This document shows, one piece after another, positions 38,549 to 48,238 of a stretch of 64,000 nt of DNA (positions within the stretch are counted from its first letter, which is position 1; every line of letters begins with the position of its first letter). The position numbers and the translations under genes are program-made. The DNA comes from Flavobacteriaceae bacterium. Lineage in GTDB: Bacteria; Bacteroidota; Bacteroidia; Flavobacteriales; Flavobacteriaceae. The notes below the pieces were generated by a model, which made no database searches, was not told the origin of the DNA, and worked only from the letters and a program-made list of their open reading frames with translations. Location of the stretch: contig JAYPUW010000005.1 in NCBI GenBank assembly GCA_038134285.1, positions 77,672 through 141,671 on the forward strand, in the 5' to 3' direction.

Positions 38549-39823
38549 TTAACCCGCAAACAAGGGTCTTCCACTCATCAGCTCATTCACCTCTGACTTG
38601 ATCTGCTTTAGCGACGCTGAATCTTCTGGTGACATTAGCACTCGGTCGATAAGCTGAGCCACTTTAACAATTTCTGCTTCTTTCAGTCCTCTAGTGGTAA
38701 TCGCAGGTGTACCTAAACGAATACCAGAAGTAACAAATGGTGACTTATCATCGAATGGAACCATGTTTTTATTCGCAGTTATGTCGGCGAGCTCCAAGGC
38801 TTTTTCAGCGGCTTTTCCGGTGATGTTCTTATTTCTTAAATCAATAAGAATCATGTGGTTATCTGTCCCTCCAGAGATAATATTGTAACCCATTGAAGTC
38901 AAGGTATCACTCAAAATAGACGCGTTCTTTTTCACCTTAATGATGTAATGTAAGAATTCATCGGTTAAGGCTTCTCCATAAGCAACAGCCTTTGCTGCAA
39001 TGATATGCTCTAAGGGGCCACCCTGATTTCCTGGAAACACAGCGAGATCCATCAAGGTAGACATCATGCGCAATGATCCATCCTTGAGCTTTACTCCAAA
39101 AGGATTTTCGAAATCCTTACCCATCATAATCATACCTCCTCTTGGACCTCTAAGGGTTTTGTGTGTGGTGGTTGTAACTACATGGCAATGAGGAACAGGG
39201 TCAGAAAGAATACCTTTTGCAATTAGACCAGACGGATGCGAAATATCTGCCATAAGCATCGCCTCTACCTTATCGGCTATAGCTCTAAATCTCTTAAAGT
39301 CTATGTCTCTTGAATACGCTGAAGCACCAGCGATAATAAGCTTAGGTGATTCTTTTACGGCAATTTTTTCAATTTCATCGTAATCCAAAAATCCGGTTTC
39401 TCTATCGACCCCATAAAAGGTTGCACGATATAATCTTCCTGAAAAATTAACCGGAGAACCGTGAGTCAAGTGTCCGCCATGTGATAAATCGAATCCTAAA
39501 ATGGTATCTCCTGGTGAGAGTAAGGCATGAAAAACCGATGCATTGGCCTGCGAACCTGAATGAGGTTGAACATTCACATACTCCGCACCGAAAAGAGCTT
39601 TGGCCCTATCTATTGCCAAGGTTTCAACTTGATCAACTACTTCGCAACCTCCGTAATAGCGTTTTGACGGATAGCCTTCAGCATATTTATTCGTCAATAC
39701 GGAACCTGCTGCCTCCATCACACTCTCTGAGGTAAAGTTTTCAGAGGCAATTAGCTCTATCCCACGCAGTTGACGTTGGCGTTCTAATTCAATTAAATCA
39801 AATAGTTGTTGATCTCTTTTCAT
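38549..39823 (-). CDS. glyA: Serine hydroxymethyltransferase
   Basis: 424 aa with motifs [18 protein letters not shown] and the PLP-lysine region [14 protein letters not shown]. Confidence 0.96.
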   Translation of the reverse strand: MKRDQQLFDLIELERQRQLRGIELIASENFTSESVMEAAGSVLTNKYAEGYPSKRYYGGCEVVDQVETLAIDRAKALFGAEYVNVQPHSGSQANASVFHALLSPGDTILGFDLSHGGHLTHGSPVNFSGRLYRATFYGVDRETGFLDYDEIEKIAVKESPKLIIAGASAYSRDIDFKRFRAIADKVEAMLMADISHPSGLIAKGILSDPVPHCHVVTTTTHKTLRGPRGGMIMMGKDFENPFGVKLKDGSLRMMSTLMDLAVFPGNQGGPLEHIIAAKAVAYGEALTDEFLHYIIKVKKNASILSDTLTSMGYNIISGGTDNHMILIDLRNKNITGKAAEKALELADITANKNMVPFDDKSPFVTSGIRLGTPAITTRGLKEAEIVKVAQLIDRVLMSPEDSASLKQIKSEVNELMSGRPLFAG

Positions 39824-39866
39824 ACCATAAAATTGAAGCGTAAAAATACGAACTAGCCCTAAGAAT

Positions 39867-39889
39867 TAAGTGTCAATTTAGGACACTTA
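39867..39889. promoter_or_regulatory. Perfect 8-bp inverted repeat (TAAGTGTC-N7-GACACTTA), candidate operator or RNA hairpin in the glyA-clpB intergenic region
   Basis: I read this directly from the sequence. It lies 44-66 nt upstream of the glyA ATG and 146-168 nt upstream of the clpB ATG. No T-run follows on either strand, so it is not a classic terminator. Confidence 0.3.
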
Positions 39890-40034
39890 TAAACATTATC
39901 ATTCACGAAATAGCTGTCAAAACGTCAGCTAAAACTATGTAAATCATGTCATTACGACATAAATAATGCGCTTCGAAAGTACTCCTACTGAATGGGCTCG
40001 TTTTTTGACAACCATCTAGTAAAAATTAATCATC

Positions 40035-42608
40035 ATGTTGGATATAAACGCATTCAGTTCAAAAGTCCAAGATATCATTGGCGAGGCGCATATTGTTGCC
40101 GAAAGCTACGAACATCCTGTAATAGATGGTATTCATTTACTTCAAGCCGCCCTGAACAAGGCCAAGGAAGAGATTGGTCTCGTTTTAGAGTCATCCACAG
40201 ACCGTATCCAAAAACTTTCCACTGTCGTTCACGCCCGACTCAACAGTATGGGTAAGAGTAACGGCACTCAAAAAGGGCTCAGCCAAGAAGCTGTTTCGAT
40301 TCTTACAAAGGCCATTGCTGAGGCACGCAAGGACGAAGAATCGTTAGCAAATTTTAGGCATTTCTTAAAAGCCCTTGCAGTAAAGGAATCAGTAGCCTCT
40401 CGCATTTTAAAAGATGCTGGGATAACCATGAATAGTATCGATAATCAGAAAACGCAGCAATCCACATCTACCCCTGCTAAAGGAAGAGAAAACCTTAATA
40501 AGTACGCTAAAAACCTTAACGAACTTGCTGACAATAACGAATTGGATCCGGTCATAGGTAGAGACGAAGAGATCAGAAGGGTTTTGCAGATCTTATCAAG
40601 ACGATCAAAAAATAACCCCATACTCGTGGGTGACCCGGGAGTAGGTAAAACCGCCATCGTTGAAGGAATTGCACAGCGTATAGTAAGTCAAGATGTACCT
40701 GAAAACCTAAAGGAGAAAGAAATCTACAGTCTTGATATGGGGCTTTTACTTGCAGGAGCAAAGTACAAGGGAGAATTTGAAGAGCGCCTTAAAGCGGTCG
40801 TCAAGGAGGTTACAGAAGCAGATGGTGAAATCGTACTCTTTATAGATGAAATTCACACTTTAGTTGGTGCAGGTGGCGGATCAGGAGCTATGGACGCAGC
40901 CAACATATTAAAACCGGCACTGTCAAGAGGTGCACTCAGAACGATTGGGGCTACCACCCTAGAGGAATTTCAAAAACATTTCGAAAAGGACAAAGCACTT
41001 GAAAGACGATTTCAGAAGGTTACCGTCAATGAACCAAACACCGAAAACGCAATTTCGATCTTAAGGGGTTTAAAAGACAAATACGAAGCCCATCATAAGG
41101 TTCGTATTAAAGACGAGGCAGTGATCAGCGCAGTTGTACTCTCAGAGCGCTACATCACCTCTCGATTCTTGCCCGATAAAGCCATTGACTTAATGGATGA
41201 GGCGGCCTCAAAAATTCGCATGGAAATCAATTCCAAACCAGAAGAATTAGACGTCATGGATCGTAAAATCATGCAATTAGAAATTGAGATTGAGGCCTTG
41301 AAAAAAGAAGACGATACCGATAAGTTAAAAGTACTCAACTTCGAACTCACAGAGCTCAAAGAAGAACGAAACAGTTTATTCGGAAAATGGCAACAAGAAC
41401 GCAGTGTTATTGACGAAATTCAGAAAGTAAAGAATGAGATAGAAGCGCTCTCATTAGAGGCAGAACGTGCTGAGCGCAATGGGGATTATGCAAAGGTGGC
41501 CGAGATACGATACGGCAGCAGCAAAGCACTTCAAGACCAATTAATCCGTCTTGAACAAGAAGCTCAAAAAGCGAAAAACACCTTGATTAAAGAAGAGGTC
41601 TCAAGCGATGATATCGCCGAAGTAATGGCTAAATGGACAGGTATTCCCGTTCAAAAACTGCTTGGTTCTGAACGCCAAAAACTATTAACCCTTGAATTTG
41701 ACCTTAAGAAAAAGATTGTTGGACAAGACCGAGCCATCACCTTATTGGCTGACGCTATTAGACGAAGTCGATCAGGTCTTCAAGATGCAAATAGACCTAT
41801 TGGTAGCTTTCTATTTTTAGGGAGCACTGGTATAGGAAAAACAGCTTTAGCAAAGGCCATTACACATACGCTGTTTGATGATGAGAATGCCATGACGCGC
41901 ATTGATATGAGCGAATACAGTGAACGTCACAGCGTGAGTAGATTAATAGGAGCTCCTCCGGGATATGTTGGATACGAAGAGGGAGGTCAACTCACCGAAT
42001 CCGTAAGACGCAAGCCCTACTCTGTGGTACTTCTAGATGAGATTGAAAAAGCGCATCCAGAGATCTTCAATGTCTTACTGCAAGTCTTAGATGATGGGCG
42101 CCTTACCGATTCGCAAGGTAGAATGGTCGATTTCAAGAACACCTTGATTATTATGACCTGTAATTTAGGTAGTGAGCTTTGGACATCAATTGATCAAAAT
42201 AGCATTCATCTAGACGACGAACTATCGAGTCTAGAGTCTCAAGTAATGCAAATGTTAAAACAACGACTTCGTCCAGAATTTTTAAATCGAATCGATGAAA
42301 TCGTGAGCTTTAATCCTCTTGGTAAAAATGCCATTAACGGTATTGTTTGTCTACAACTCGACGAGGTCAAAGACAAACTGGCAGACATGAATATCATCCT
42401 TGATGCTACACCAGAAGCTTTAGACTATTTAGCGCATAAAGGATATGATCCAGATTTTGGAGCAAGGCCCATCAAACGCTTGATCCAAAAAGAGGTGATG
42501 AATGTCATTTCTAAAGACCTTATCTCGCAAAAGATCAAAGAAGGTTCTATGTTATTGCTAGATGCCTTTGATGACAAATTAGTAGTACGCGAGTTAGATA
42601 CCGACTAG
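40035..42608 (+). CDS. clpB: ATP-dependent chaperone ClpB (Hsp104-type disaggregase)
   Basis: 857 aa. It has a Clp N domain, two AAA+ modules (GDPGVGKT and GSTGIGKT Walker A; FIDEIH and LLDEIEKAH Walker B) and the long coiled-coil M-domain between them. Confidence 0.96.
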   Translation: MLDINAFSSKVQDIIGEAHIVAESYEHPVIDGIHLLQAALNKAKEEIGLVLESSTDRIQKLSTVVHARLNSMGKSNGTQKGLSQEAVSILTKAIAEARKDEESLANFRHFLKALAVKESVASRILKDAGITMNSIDNQKTQQSTSTPAKGRENLNKYAKNLNELADNNELDPVIGRDEEIRRVLQILSRRSKNNPILVGDPGVGKTAIVEGIAQRIVSQDVPENLKEKEIYSLDMGLLLAGAKYKGEFEERLKAVVKEVTEADGEIVLFIDEIHTLVGAGGGSGAMDAANILKPALSRGALRTIGATTLEEFQKHFEKDKALERRFQKVTVNEPNTENAISILRGLKDKYEAHHKVRIKDEAVISAVVLSERYITSRFLPDKAIDLMDEAASKIRMEINSKPEELDVMDRKIMQLEIEIEALKKEDDTDKLKVLNFELTELKEERNSLFGKWQQERSVIDEIQKVKNEIEALSLEAERAERNGDYAKVAEIRYGSSKALQDQLIRLEQEAQKAKNTLIKEEVSSDDIAEVMAKWTGIPVQKLLGSERQKLLTLEFDLKKKIVGQDRAITLLADAIRRSRSGLQDANRPIGSFLFLGSTGIGKTALAKAITHTLFDDENAMTRIDMSEYSERHSVSRLIGAPPGYVGYEEGGQLTESVRRKPYSVVLLDEIEKAHPEIFNVLLQVLDDGRLTDSQGRMVDFKNTLIIMTCNLGSELWTSIDQNSIHLDDELSSLESQVMQMLKQRLRPEFLNRIDEIVSFNPLGKNAINGIVCLQLDEVKDKLADMNIILDATPEALDYLAHKGYDPDFGARPIKRLIQKEVMNVISKDLISQKIKEGSMLLLDAFDDKLVVRELDTD

Positions 42609-42640
42609 TATTATGTAATTTAGCCTTGAATTGTGAAAAA

Positions 42641-43234
42641 ATGAAAAGGCTTAAAAACACTAGACTTTTTATCATAGAAACCTCAGCCGTGCTTTTTGTT
42701 AAGCACGGTTTTGAGGCGACCTCCTTGAGTATGATCACCAAGGCTACGGGGCTAACAAAAGGAGCGATCTATGGCAATTTTGCCGATAAGGCCGACCTAG
42801 GACTCACTTGTTTTGAGTACAGTTTTAGTGCCATTGAAGAAGGAATTAAAAGTGCTTTAAAGAGCAAAGGCAATCACAGAGGAAATATGCGTGCCTTTTT
42901 TGAATTTTATCGTTCTTACCCTAAAGTCATTGAAAAATGGGGCTCGTGCCCACTAGTAAGTTTTGGAATTCACAGCACCTATAATTCTCCTCAGCTTTTA
43001 GAAAAAGTAAACGAAGCCGTTCATCGAATCGAGACCTACCTTACCGAGGTTTTAAAGGCCGGTATAAACGCCCATGAGTTTTATTTAGGAATCCCTGAAT
43101 CAGTATTCGCAAAGCAATTATTTTCTTTAATGCAAGGTGGTGTAAGTCAGTCTCTTATAACCAATGACATGAAGTATTTAAAGAATACTGCTTCTTATTT
43201 AGAGTACCTATTTGAAAGCGCCACAAAAAACTAA
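42641..43234 (+). CDS. TetR/AcrR-family transcriptional regulator
   Basis: It has an N-terminal helix-turn-helix (FEATSLSMITKATGLTKGAIYGNFADK). I prefer the ATG at 42641 over the TTG at 42626 used by the track. A near-consensus -7 box, TAATTTAG, sits at 42616-42623. Confidence 0.8.
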   Translation: MKRLKNTRLFIIETSAVLFVKHGFEATSLSMITKATGLTKGAIYGNFADKADLGLTCFEYSFSAIEEGIKSALKSKGNHRGNMRAFFEFYRSYPKVIEKWGSCPLVSFGIHSTYNSPQLLEKVNEAVHRIETYLTEVLKAGINAHEFYLGIPESVFAKQLFSLMQGGVSQSLITNDMKYLKNTASYLEYLFESATKN

Positions 43235-43243
43235 AGTTTTATC

Positions 43244-43708
43244 ATGAAAACAGCAGTTTCGATAAAGAATAAAAGGGCGCGGTTTGATTATGAATTGATC
43301 GAAACCTATACAGCGGGTATCGTTTTGGCCGGAACTGAAATTAAATCGATCAGAGAAAGTAAGGCACGGATTACGGATAGCTTCTGCGAATTCAATGACA
43401 ATGGAGAATTATTTATTGTCAATATGCACATTGATCCGTATGCAAACGGCGGATATGTCAATCATTTACCTAAGGCCTCGCGAAAATTACTTCTGCAAAA
43501 AAGAGAATTGCGTAAACTCGAAAAGGAGGTCTCACAAAAAGGAATGGCTATCGTACCTCTTGGCCTATATATTAATCAAGGTGGACGAGCAAAAATTGAT
43601 ATTGCCCTTGCAAAAGGAAAGAAAAGTTATGACAAGCGCGAAACACTTAAAGACCTCGAAAATAAACGCGATCTAGAACGTATTAAAAAACAGCACAATA
43701 CAAAATAA
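43244..43708 (+). CDS. smpB: SsrA-binding protein
   Basis: 154 aa with motifs NKRARFDYEL, AGIVLAGTEIKS and the basic C-terminal tail. It starts 9 nt after the TetR stop. Confidence 0.93.
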   Translation: MKTAVSIKNKRARFDYELIETYTAGIVLAGTEIKSIRESKARITDSFCEFNDNGELFIVNMHIDPYANGGYVNHLPKASRKLLLQKRELRKLEKEVSQKGMAIVPLGLYINQGGRAKIDIALAKGKKSYDKRETLKDLENKRDLERIKKQHNTK

Positions 43709-44368
43709 CTAGCGCTTAACCCCTTCGGTGCTATTGAGCAGCGGAACAAATTGAAAATCTCCATAAACCGTTTTGTGAAACTCCTTACGCCCTTTTCGTT
43801 CGATAACAGTCATTTTTTGCTGCTCTTCTCCTACAGGTATTACAAGGATTCCACCAATTTTTAACTGAGCTAAGAGCGCTTTAGGCACCTCTTTTGCCCC
43901 TGCAGTCACCACAATCCGATCAAATGGGGCATGCTCGGGTAAACCTTTGTATCCATCTGCATAACGGAGGAGTTTAGGCTTCCATCTAAATCTACTAAAG
44001 AACACTTCTGCCTTTCTAAAAAGTTCCAATTGGCGCTCAACTGAATACACCTCAGCCCCTAAATAACTCAAGATTGCTGATTGATATCCGCTACCTGTTC
44101 CAATTTCAAGCACCTTCAACTTCGGTTGTAGCTCTAAAAGTTCTGTCTGAAAAGCCACCGTATAAGGATGCGAAATGGTCTGGTCAGCTCCTATTGGAAA
44201 GGCGCGGTCTTCATAGGCATACGCCTCTAGTGTTTTGTCTAAAAAGAGGTGTCTTGGGACGGTGCGTATAGCCTTTAAAACATCCTCATTATGAATACCC
44301 CTGGCCTCTAGTTGATTTGCCAATTGATTCCTTAGCCCACTATGCTTTAAACTATCTTTTCGCACCAC
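43709..44368 (-). CDS. pcm: Protein-L-isoaspartate O-methyltransferase
   Basis: 219 aa with the SAM-binding motif (VLEIGTGSGYQSA) plus ISHPYTVA and VIPVG. It uses a GTG start. Its stop codon abuts the smpB stop with zero spacing (convergent). Confidence 0.9.
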   Translation of the reverse strand: MVRKDSLKHSGLRNQLANQLEARGIHNEDVLKAIRTVPRHLFLDKTLEAYAYEDRAFPIGADQTISHPYTVAFQTELLELQPKLKVLEIGTGSGYQSAILSYLGAEVYSVERQLELFRKAEVFFSRFRWKPKLLRYADGYKGLPEHAPFDRIVVTAGAKEVPKALLAQLKIGGILVIPVGEEQQKMTVIERKGRKEFHKTVYGDFQFVPLLNSTEGVKR

Positions 44369-44426
44369 TCTGTTTTCACGCCTAAAATAAAGCGCTTCTG
44401 CGTAAATTTGATCAAAATAGTAAACT

Positions 44427-45401
44427 ATGATTCGTGCTGGGGTTTTTGGAGCAGGACATCTTGGAAAAATTCACCTTAAACTGCTACAGGCTTCGCCATA
44501 TTTTGAGCTTATTGGATTTTTTGACCCCGATCAGGACCATGCAAGGCAACTTCAGAATGAATTCGAATACCCTTCATTCGCAAAAAAAAGCGAATTATTA
44601 GACCTTATTGATGCTGCTTTTATTATTACCCCTACTCCATTTCATTTTGATTTAACGAAAGAAGCTCTGCTTAAAAACAAGCACGTTTTCGTTGAGAAGC
44701 CCATATGCGAGACCATTGAAGATGCTCAACAAATGGTTCGAATAGCTCAAGAAAACCAATGCATCGGTCAAGTAGGCCATGTGGAGCGCTTTAACCCCGC
44801 CTTTTTAGCTGCACTTCCGCATCTAGACCATCCTAAGTTCATCGAAGTACACCGTCTCGCCGAATTTAACCCGAGAGGAACAGATGTTTCTGTGATTCTA
44901 GACCTTATGATTCATGATATCGATCTCGTACTACAGTGTTCAAAATCAGCAATCAGAAAGATTGACGCCAACGGAGCGGCAGTTATCAGCAATTCGGTAG
45001 ATATTGCCACGGCGCGTATCGAATTCGAAGACGGCTGTGTGGCTAACCTTACCGCAAGCAGAATATCTCTTAAAAACATGAGAAGACTAAGATGCTTTCA
45101 AAGAGATGCATACATCACCATCGATTTACTTGAAAAGAAAACCGAATTGGTTCGCATGAAAGAGGCTCCCTCATACCCGGAGCCGTTTGACATGATACTT
45201 TCGACAGCTGAAGGCGTTCAAAAACAGATCTATTTCGAAAATCCTCCTGTCAACCCAACGAATTCCATTGAAGAAGAGCACAACAACTTTGCAGAGGCGA
45301 TACGAACAAATCAACAACCGTGGGTAACCTTTAAGGATGGCCTTAAAGCACTAGAGGTTGCCCAAGAAATTATAAAGCAGTTAGAAGCTAAAGCGCTATG
45401 A
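44427..45401 (+). CDS. Gfo/Idh/MocA-family oxidoreductase
   Basis: 324 aa with an N-terminal Rossmann motif (AGVFGAGHLGKIH) and the EKP motif (VFVEKPI). Confidence 0.8.
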   Translation: MIRAGVFGAGHLGKIHLKLLQASPYFELIGFFDPDQDHARQLQNEFEYPSFAKKSELLDLIDAAFIITPTPFHFDLTKEALLKNKHVFVEKPICETIEDAQQMVRIAQENQCIGQVGHVERFNPAFLAALPHLDHPKFIEVHRLAEFNPRGTDVSVILDLMIHDIDLVLQCSKSAIRKIDANGAAVISNSVDIATARIEFEDGCVANLTASRISLKNMRRLRCFQRDAYITIDLLEKKTELVRMKEAPSYPEPFDMILSTAEGVQKQIYFENPPVNPTNSIEEEHNNFAEAIRTNQQPWVTFKDGLKALEVAQEIIKQLEAKAL

Positions 45402-46507
45402 ATTTGCTAAACGCTTTTAAAGGTTGGGTTTCGACTGCTGAGTCTTCAGAAAAGGTACCCATAAAACATATCGATACGTACTCGAAAGAAGACATTGAGT
45501 CTGTTTTGACTTCGAACGAACACTCCTTCTTTAAGATTCTAGAACCTAGTTTGTTTGGATGTGATCAAGTCGATCTTCAAGAACGTTTTGCATTGGTAAG
45601 AGAACGTTTGCTAGAACAATTATCTTCCGCGACGTATCAAAGATTTAACACCAATTCATTGTGGATTTACCGGGTATCAAGCAGCATTTACACAGCAACG
45701 GGCGTTGTTGGCGTGACCCCAATTGAGGCTTATATAAGGCATCGCATAAGGCGACACGAAGAAACCCAGAAATCAAGAAGAAACAACCTCTCACTATACC
45801 TCGAAGAAGTGGGCATTCATGCTGACCCCGTGGTTCTATCCTTTGAAGAGCGACAACAAGAGTTTCAGTCTTTAGTGAAGCAGTTTACATCGGAGACCAA
45901 TCCTACTATTGCCGTACGTATTCACTATGAACTACATGAGTTGTGGCAACTTTCTGAAACTTCAATGGTAAATCAAATCGAAAGGCTAATTAATTCGAAT
46001 TACACGCTATATTTAATCGACGGACACCACCGAATAGAATCTGTCTTGCATTATTCACAAAGACAAGGCACTACTCCTAATGAGGCGAGCCCCGCTCATT
46101 TTTTGAGTTTTCTAATACCTGAAATAGAACTTAATATTAGGGCAACGGTTGATACCTATACCTTAAACCTCTCCACCGAACAATGCATCGAGTTTTTACA
46201 GCATCATGTAACGCTCTCAAAAGCCGAGGTAGTTGACGAAACTATCGACCAAATATTTTTATCAGAAATACCTTATAATTTTAGGTTCAATTCCTCTTCA
46301 AACCTACCAGATCTTAAAACGGATTTAAAAGCTCAGATGAGCCTTAAGCAATCTTGCGAGATCGAAACTAAGCTCACTCTAAGGCCGAAGAAATACACTG
46401 TTGAAGAGCTTAAACGGGCTGCAGATTTAAATCAGCCCCTTACCCCTAAGTCGACCTATATTGAACCAAAACTATTAACCGGACTGCTTCTTTACCCGAT
46501 CACATGA
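45398..46507 (+). CDS. DUF1015-like protein (uncharacterised)
   Basis: 369 aa. The N-terminal pattern (FKGW...P...Y...NEHSFFKILEP) and the LIDGHHR motif resemble the DUF1015 family (ADGHHR) as I recall it. The protein is divergent and shorter than typical members. It has ATGA-type 4-nt overlaps with both neighbours. Confidence 0.5.
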   Translation: MNLLNAFKGWVSTAESSEKVPIKHIDTYSKEDIESVLTSNEHSFFKILEPSLFGCDQVDLQERFALVRERLLEQLSSATYQRFNTNSLWIYRVSSSIYTATGVVGVTPIEAYIRHRIRRHEETQKSRRNNLSLYLEEVGIHADPVVLSFEERQQEFQSLVKQFTSETNPTIAVRIHYELHELWQLSETSMVNQIERLINSNYTLYLIDGHHRIESVLHYSQRQGTTPNEASPAHFLSFLIPEIELNIRATVDTYTLNLSTEQCIEFLQHHVTLSKAEVVDETIDQIFLSEIPYNFRFNSSSNLPDLKTDLKAQMSLKQSCEIETKLTLRPKKYTVEELKRAADLNQPLTPKSTYIEPKLLTGLLLYPIT

Positions 46508-47148
46508 GCGTAACGCAACAACTCCATACTTTAAAAAACACCCTTCCTGAACCTGTAACACTCATTGCGGTTTCTAAAACCAAGCCTAACGCTCTTATTT
46601 TGGAAGCCTATGAGACAGGGCATCGTGATTTTGGAGAAAACAAGGTTCAAGAACTCACGAGTAAATTCGAGCAGCTACCAAAGGATATTAAATGGCATAT
46701 GATAGGCCACCTGCAGCGAAATAAAGTGAAATATATTGTTCCTTTTGTATACCTCATTCACTCTGTAGATTCGAAACGCCTTTTAGATGAGATACAAAAA
46801 CAAGCTCAAAAGATCAATAAGCGGGTAGCTGTTTTGCTGCAAGTACATATCGCAAAAGAAACTTCTAAGTTCGGATTAGACCCAGAAGAGCTTGAAGACT
46901 TATTGAAACTAAAAGAAAAATACACCCATATCGCCTTCAAAGGTTTAATGGGCATGGCGACCTTTACCGAAAATAATTCAGCAATTCGAAGTGAATTCAG
47001 CTCTATAAAAGCTTTACACGACAAGCATCTTGTTTCATGGGAAAAGGATCCTATTCTATCCATTGGGATGAGTTCGGATTATCAAATCGCCATAGACTGC
47101 GGAGGTAACATGGTACGTATAGGAAGTGCTATTTTTGGACATCGCTAA
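46504..47148 (+). CDS. yggS: YggS-family pyridoxal-phosphate homeostasis protein
   Basis: 214 aa with the PLP-lysine region (LIAVSKTKP) plus FGENKVQE, HMIGHLQRNK and SMGMSSDY-like motifs. Confidence 0.85.
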   Translation: MSVTQQLHTLKNTLPEPVTLIAVSKTKPNALILEAYETGHRDFGENKVQELTSKFEQLPKDIKWHMIGHLQRNKVKYIVPFVYLIHSVDSKRLLDEIQKQAQKINKRVAVLLQVHIAKETSKFGLDPEELEDLLKLKEKYTHIAFKGLMGMATFTENNSAIRSEFSSIKALHDKHLVSWEKDPILSIGMSSDYQIAIDCGGNMVRIGSAIFGHR

Positions 47149-48238
47149 ACCGAACACTCAAGTGACTTATGCTATAATTGACGTTGAAAGTACTGGAGGT
47201 AAAATTGAAGAAGAAGCCATCATAGATATTGCCATTCTTCGATTTGATGGCCACCGTATTGTCGATCAGTTTCACAGCCTTGTCAACCCCGAGCGAGAAA
47301 TTCAGCCGTTTGTGACTTCCTTAACCGGAATCACTTCAAAAATGGTACAAACCGCCCCCAAATTTTACGAGTTAGCGAAACGAATCGTTGAAATCACCAA
47401 CGATGCAGTCCTAGTTGCGCATAACACTCAATTCGATTACCGAATTCTAAAAGAAGAATTTCACCGTCTAGGCTTCGATTTCAAATCAGCTACCTTATGC
47501 ACTGTTGAATTAGCACAACGCCTGCTTAGAGACCATGACAGCTTTAAATTAGACAAGCTGGCAAAGGCTCTAGGAATACCTATTAGTAATCGCCATCGCG
47601 CTTTAGGAGATGCCGAAGCCACGCTATCCTTATTGAAGATACTACGCGAAAAGGATCCCTTAAATGAGGTTGAGAGATTAATTACTAGAACCATCAAGGA
47701 ATCTGACGCTCTGCCTTCACATCTTGAAATGGTACGCTCAGCAACTGATATACCAGGGGTATTTCAACTCTTCGGAAAGAAAGATAAGCTCGTCTATTGC
47801 GCTTATGCATCTTCTATTAAAAATACAGTTGAAACGCTACTCTCTGCATCCAATTATTCAAAAAAACCGCTGTTTAGGTCTGTAAATAGACTCACTTATG
47901 AAGAGTGTCCTAGTAAGCTTCTGGGTCTTATTAAAACCTATCATTACCAAAAAACTCAAAGACCACTTATACGTTTTTATATCAAAGAAAGAGAAGAGAG
48001 TGAGTCTTATGACAGCCTTAGCGGAATAATTGTTGACAAGGGGAGAACGAATGGCGAATCCGCTTTGCTTAAGGTATCCGAAGGAGTACTAATAGCTTAT
48101 GGGTATACAGACTTAAATTTTCAGTCTACCAAAGCGTCAATTCTAGAGCATAGACTTACCAAGGTTCCGGATGATCCGTTTTTTATGCGTATCATCTCTT
48201 ATCAACTGAAGCAACATTCATACAAGATCATTGAGTAG
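47126..48238 (+). CDS. DEDDh 3'-5' exonuclease (DNA polymerase III epsilon-like) with a GIY-YIG-like C-terminal region
   Basis: Exo motifs are present: I (IIDVESTG), II (VAHNTQFD) and III (HRALGDAEAT). The C-terminal PGVFQLFGKKDKLVYCAYASSIKNTVETLL resembles the GIY-YIG core. The start is uncertain. The track uses the GTG at 47126. A GTG at 47162 (giving MTYAIIDVE) would avoid the 23-nt overlap with yggS. Confidence 0.75.
   Translation: MLFLDIAKPNTQVTYAIIDVESTGGKIEEEAIIDIAILRFDGHRIVDQFHSLVNPEREIQPFVTSLTGITSKMVQTAPKFYELAKRIVEITNDAVLVAHNTQFDYRILKEEFHRLGFDFKSATLCTVELAQRLLRDHDSFKLDKLAKALGIPISNRHRALGDAEATLSLLKILREKDPLNEVERLITRTIKESDALPSHLEMVRSATDIPGVFQLFGKKDKLVYCAYASSIKNTVETLLSASNYSKKPLFRSVNRLTYEECPSKLLGLIKTYHYQKTQRPLIRFYIKEREESESYDSLSGIIVDKGRTNGESALLKVSEGVLIAYGYTDLNFQSTKASILEHRLTKVPDDPFFMRIISYQLKQHSYKIIE

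Noticed and set aside
39867-39889. Possible CIRCE (HrcA operator) element upstream of clpB
   Set aside because: The dyad TTAAGTGTC-N7-GACACTTAT only loosely resembles CIRCE (TTAGCACTC-N9-GAGTGCTAA). Both the arm sequence and the spacer length differ, and no similar element precedes dnaK.
40006-40034. Sigma-70-like TTGACA just upstream of clpB
   Set aside because: The only -10-like hexamers at a plausible spacing end 2-3 nt before the ATG. Bacteroidetes primary sigma factors also do not use the TTGACA/TATAAT consensus. It is probably coincidental.
39824-40034. Riboswitch or leader upstream of glyA (ZTP or THF type). I also checked upstream of ribB (FMN) and panB.
   Set aside because: The glyA leader is AT-rich and lacks the conserved GC-rich cores of those riboswitch classes. 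ribB starts 3 nt after the preceding gene and panB has only a 51-nt featureless spacer, so neither has room for an aptamer.
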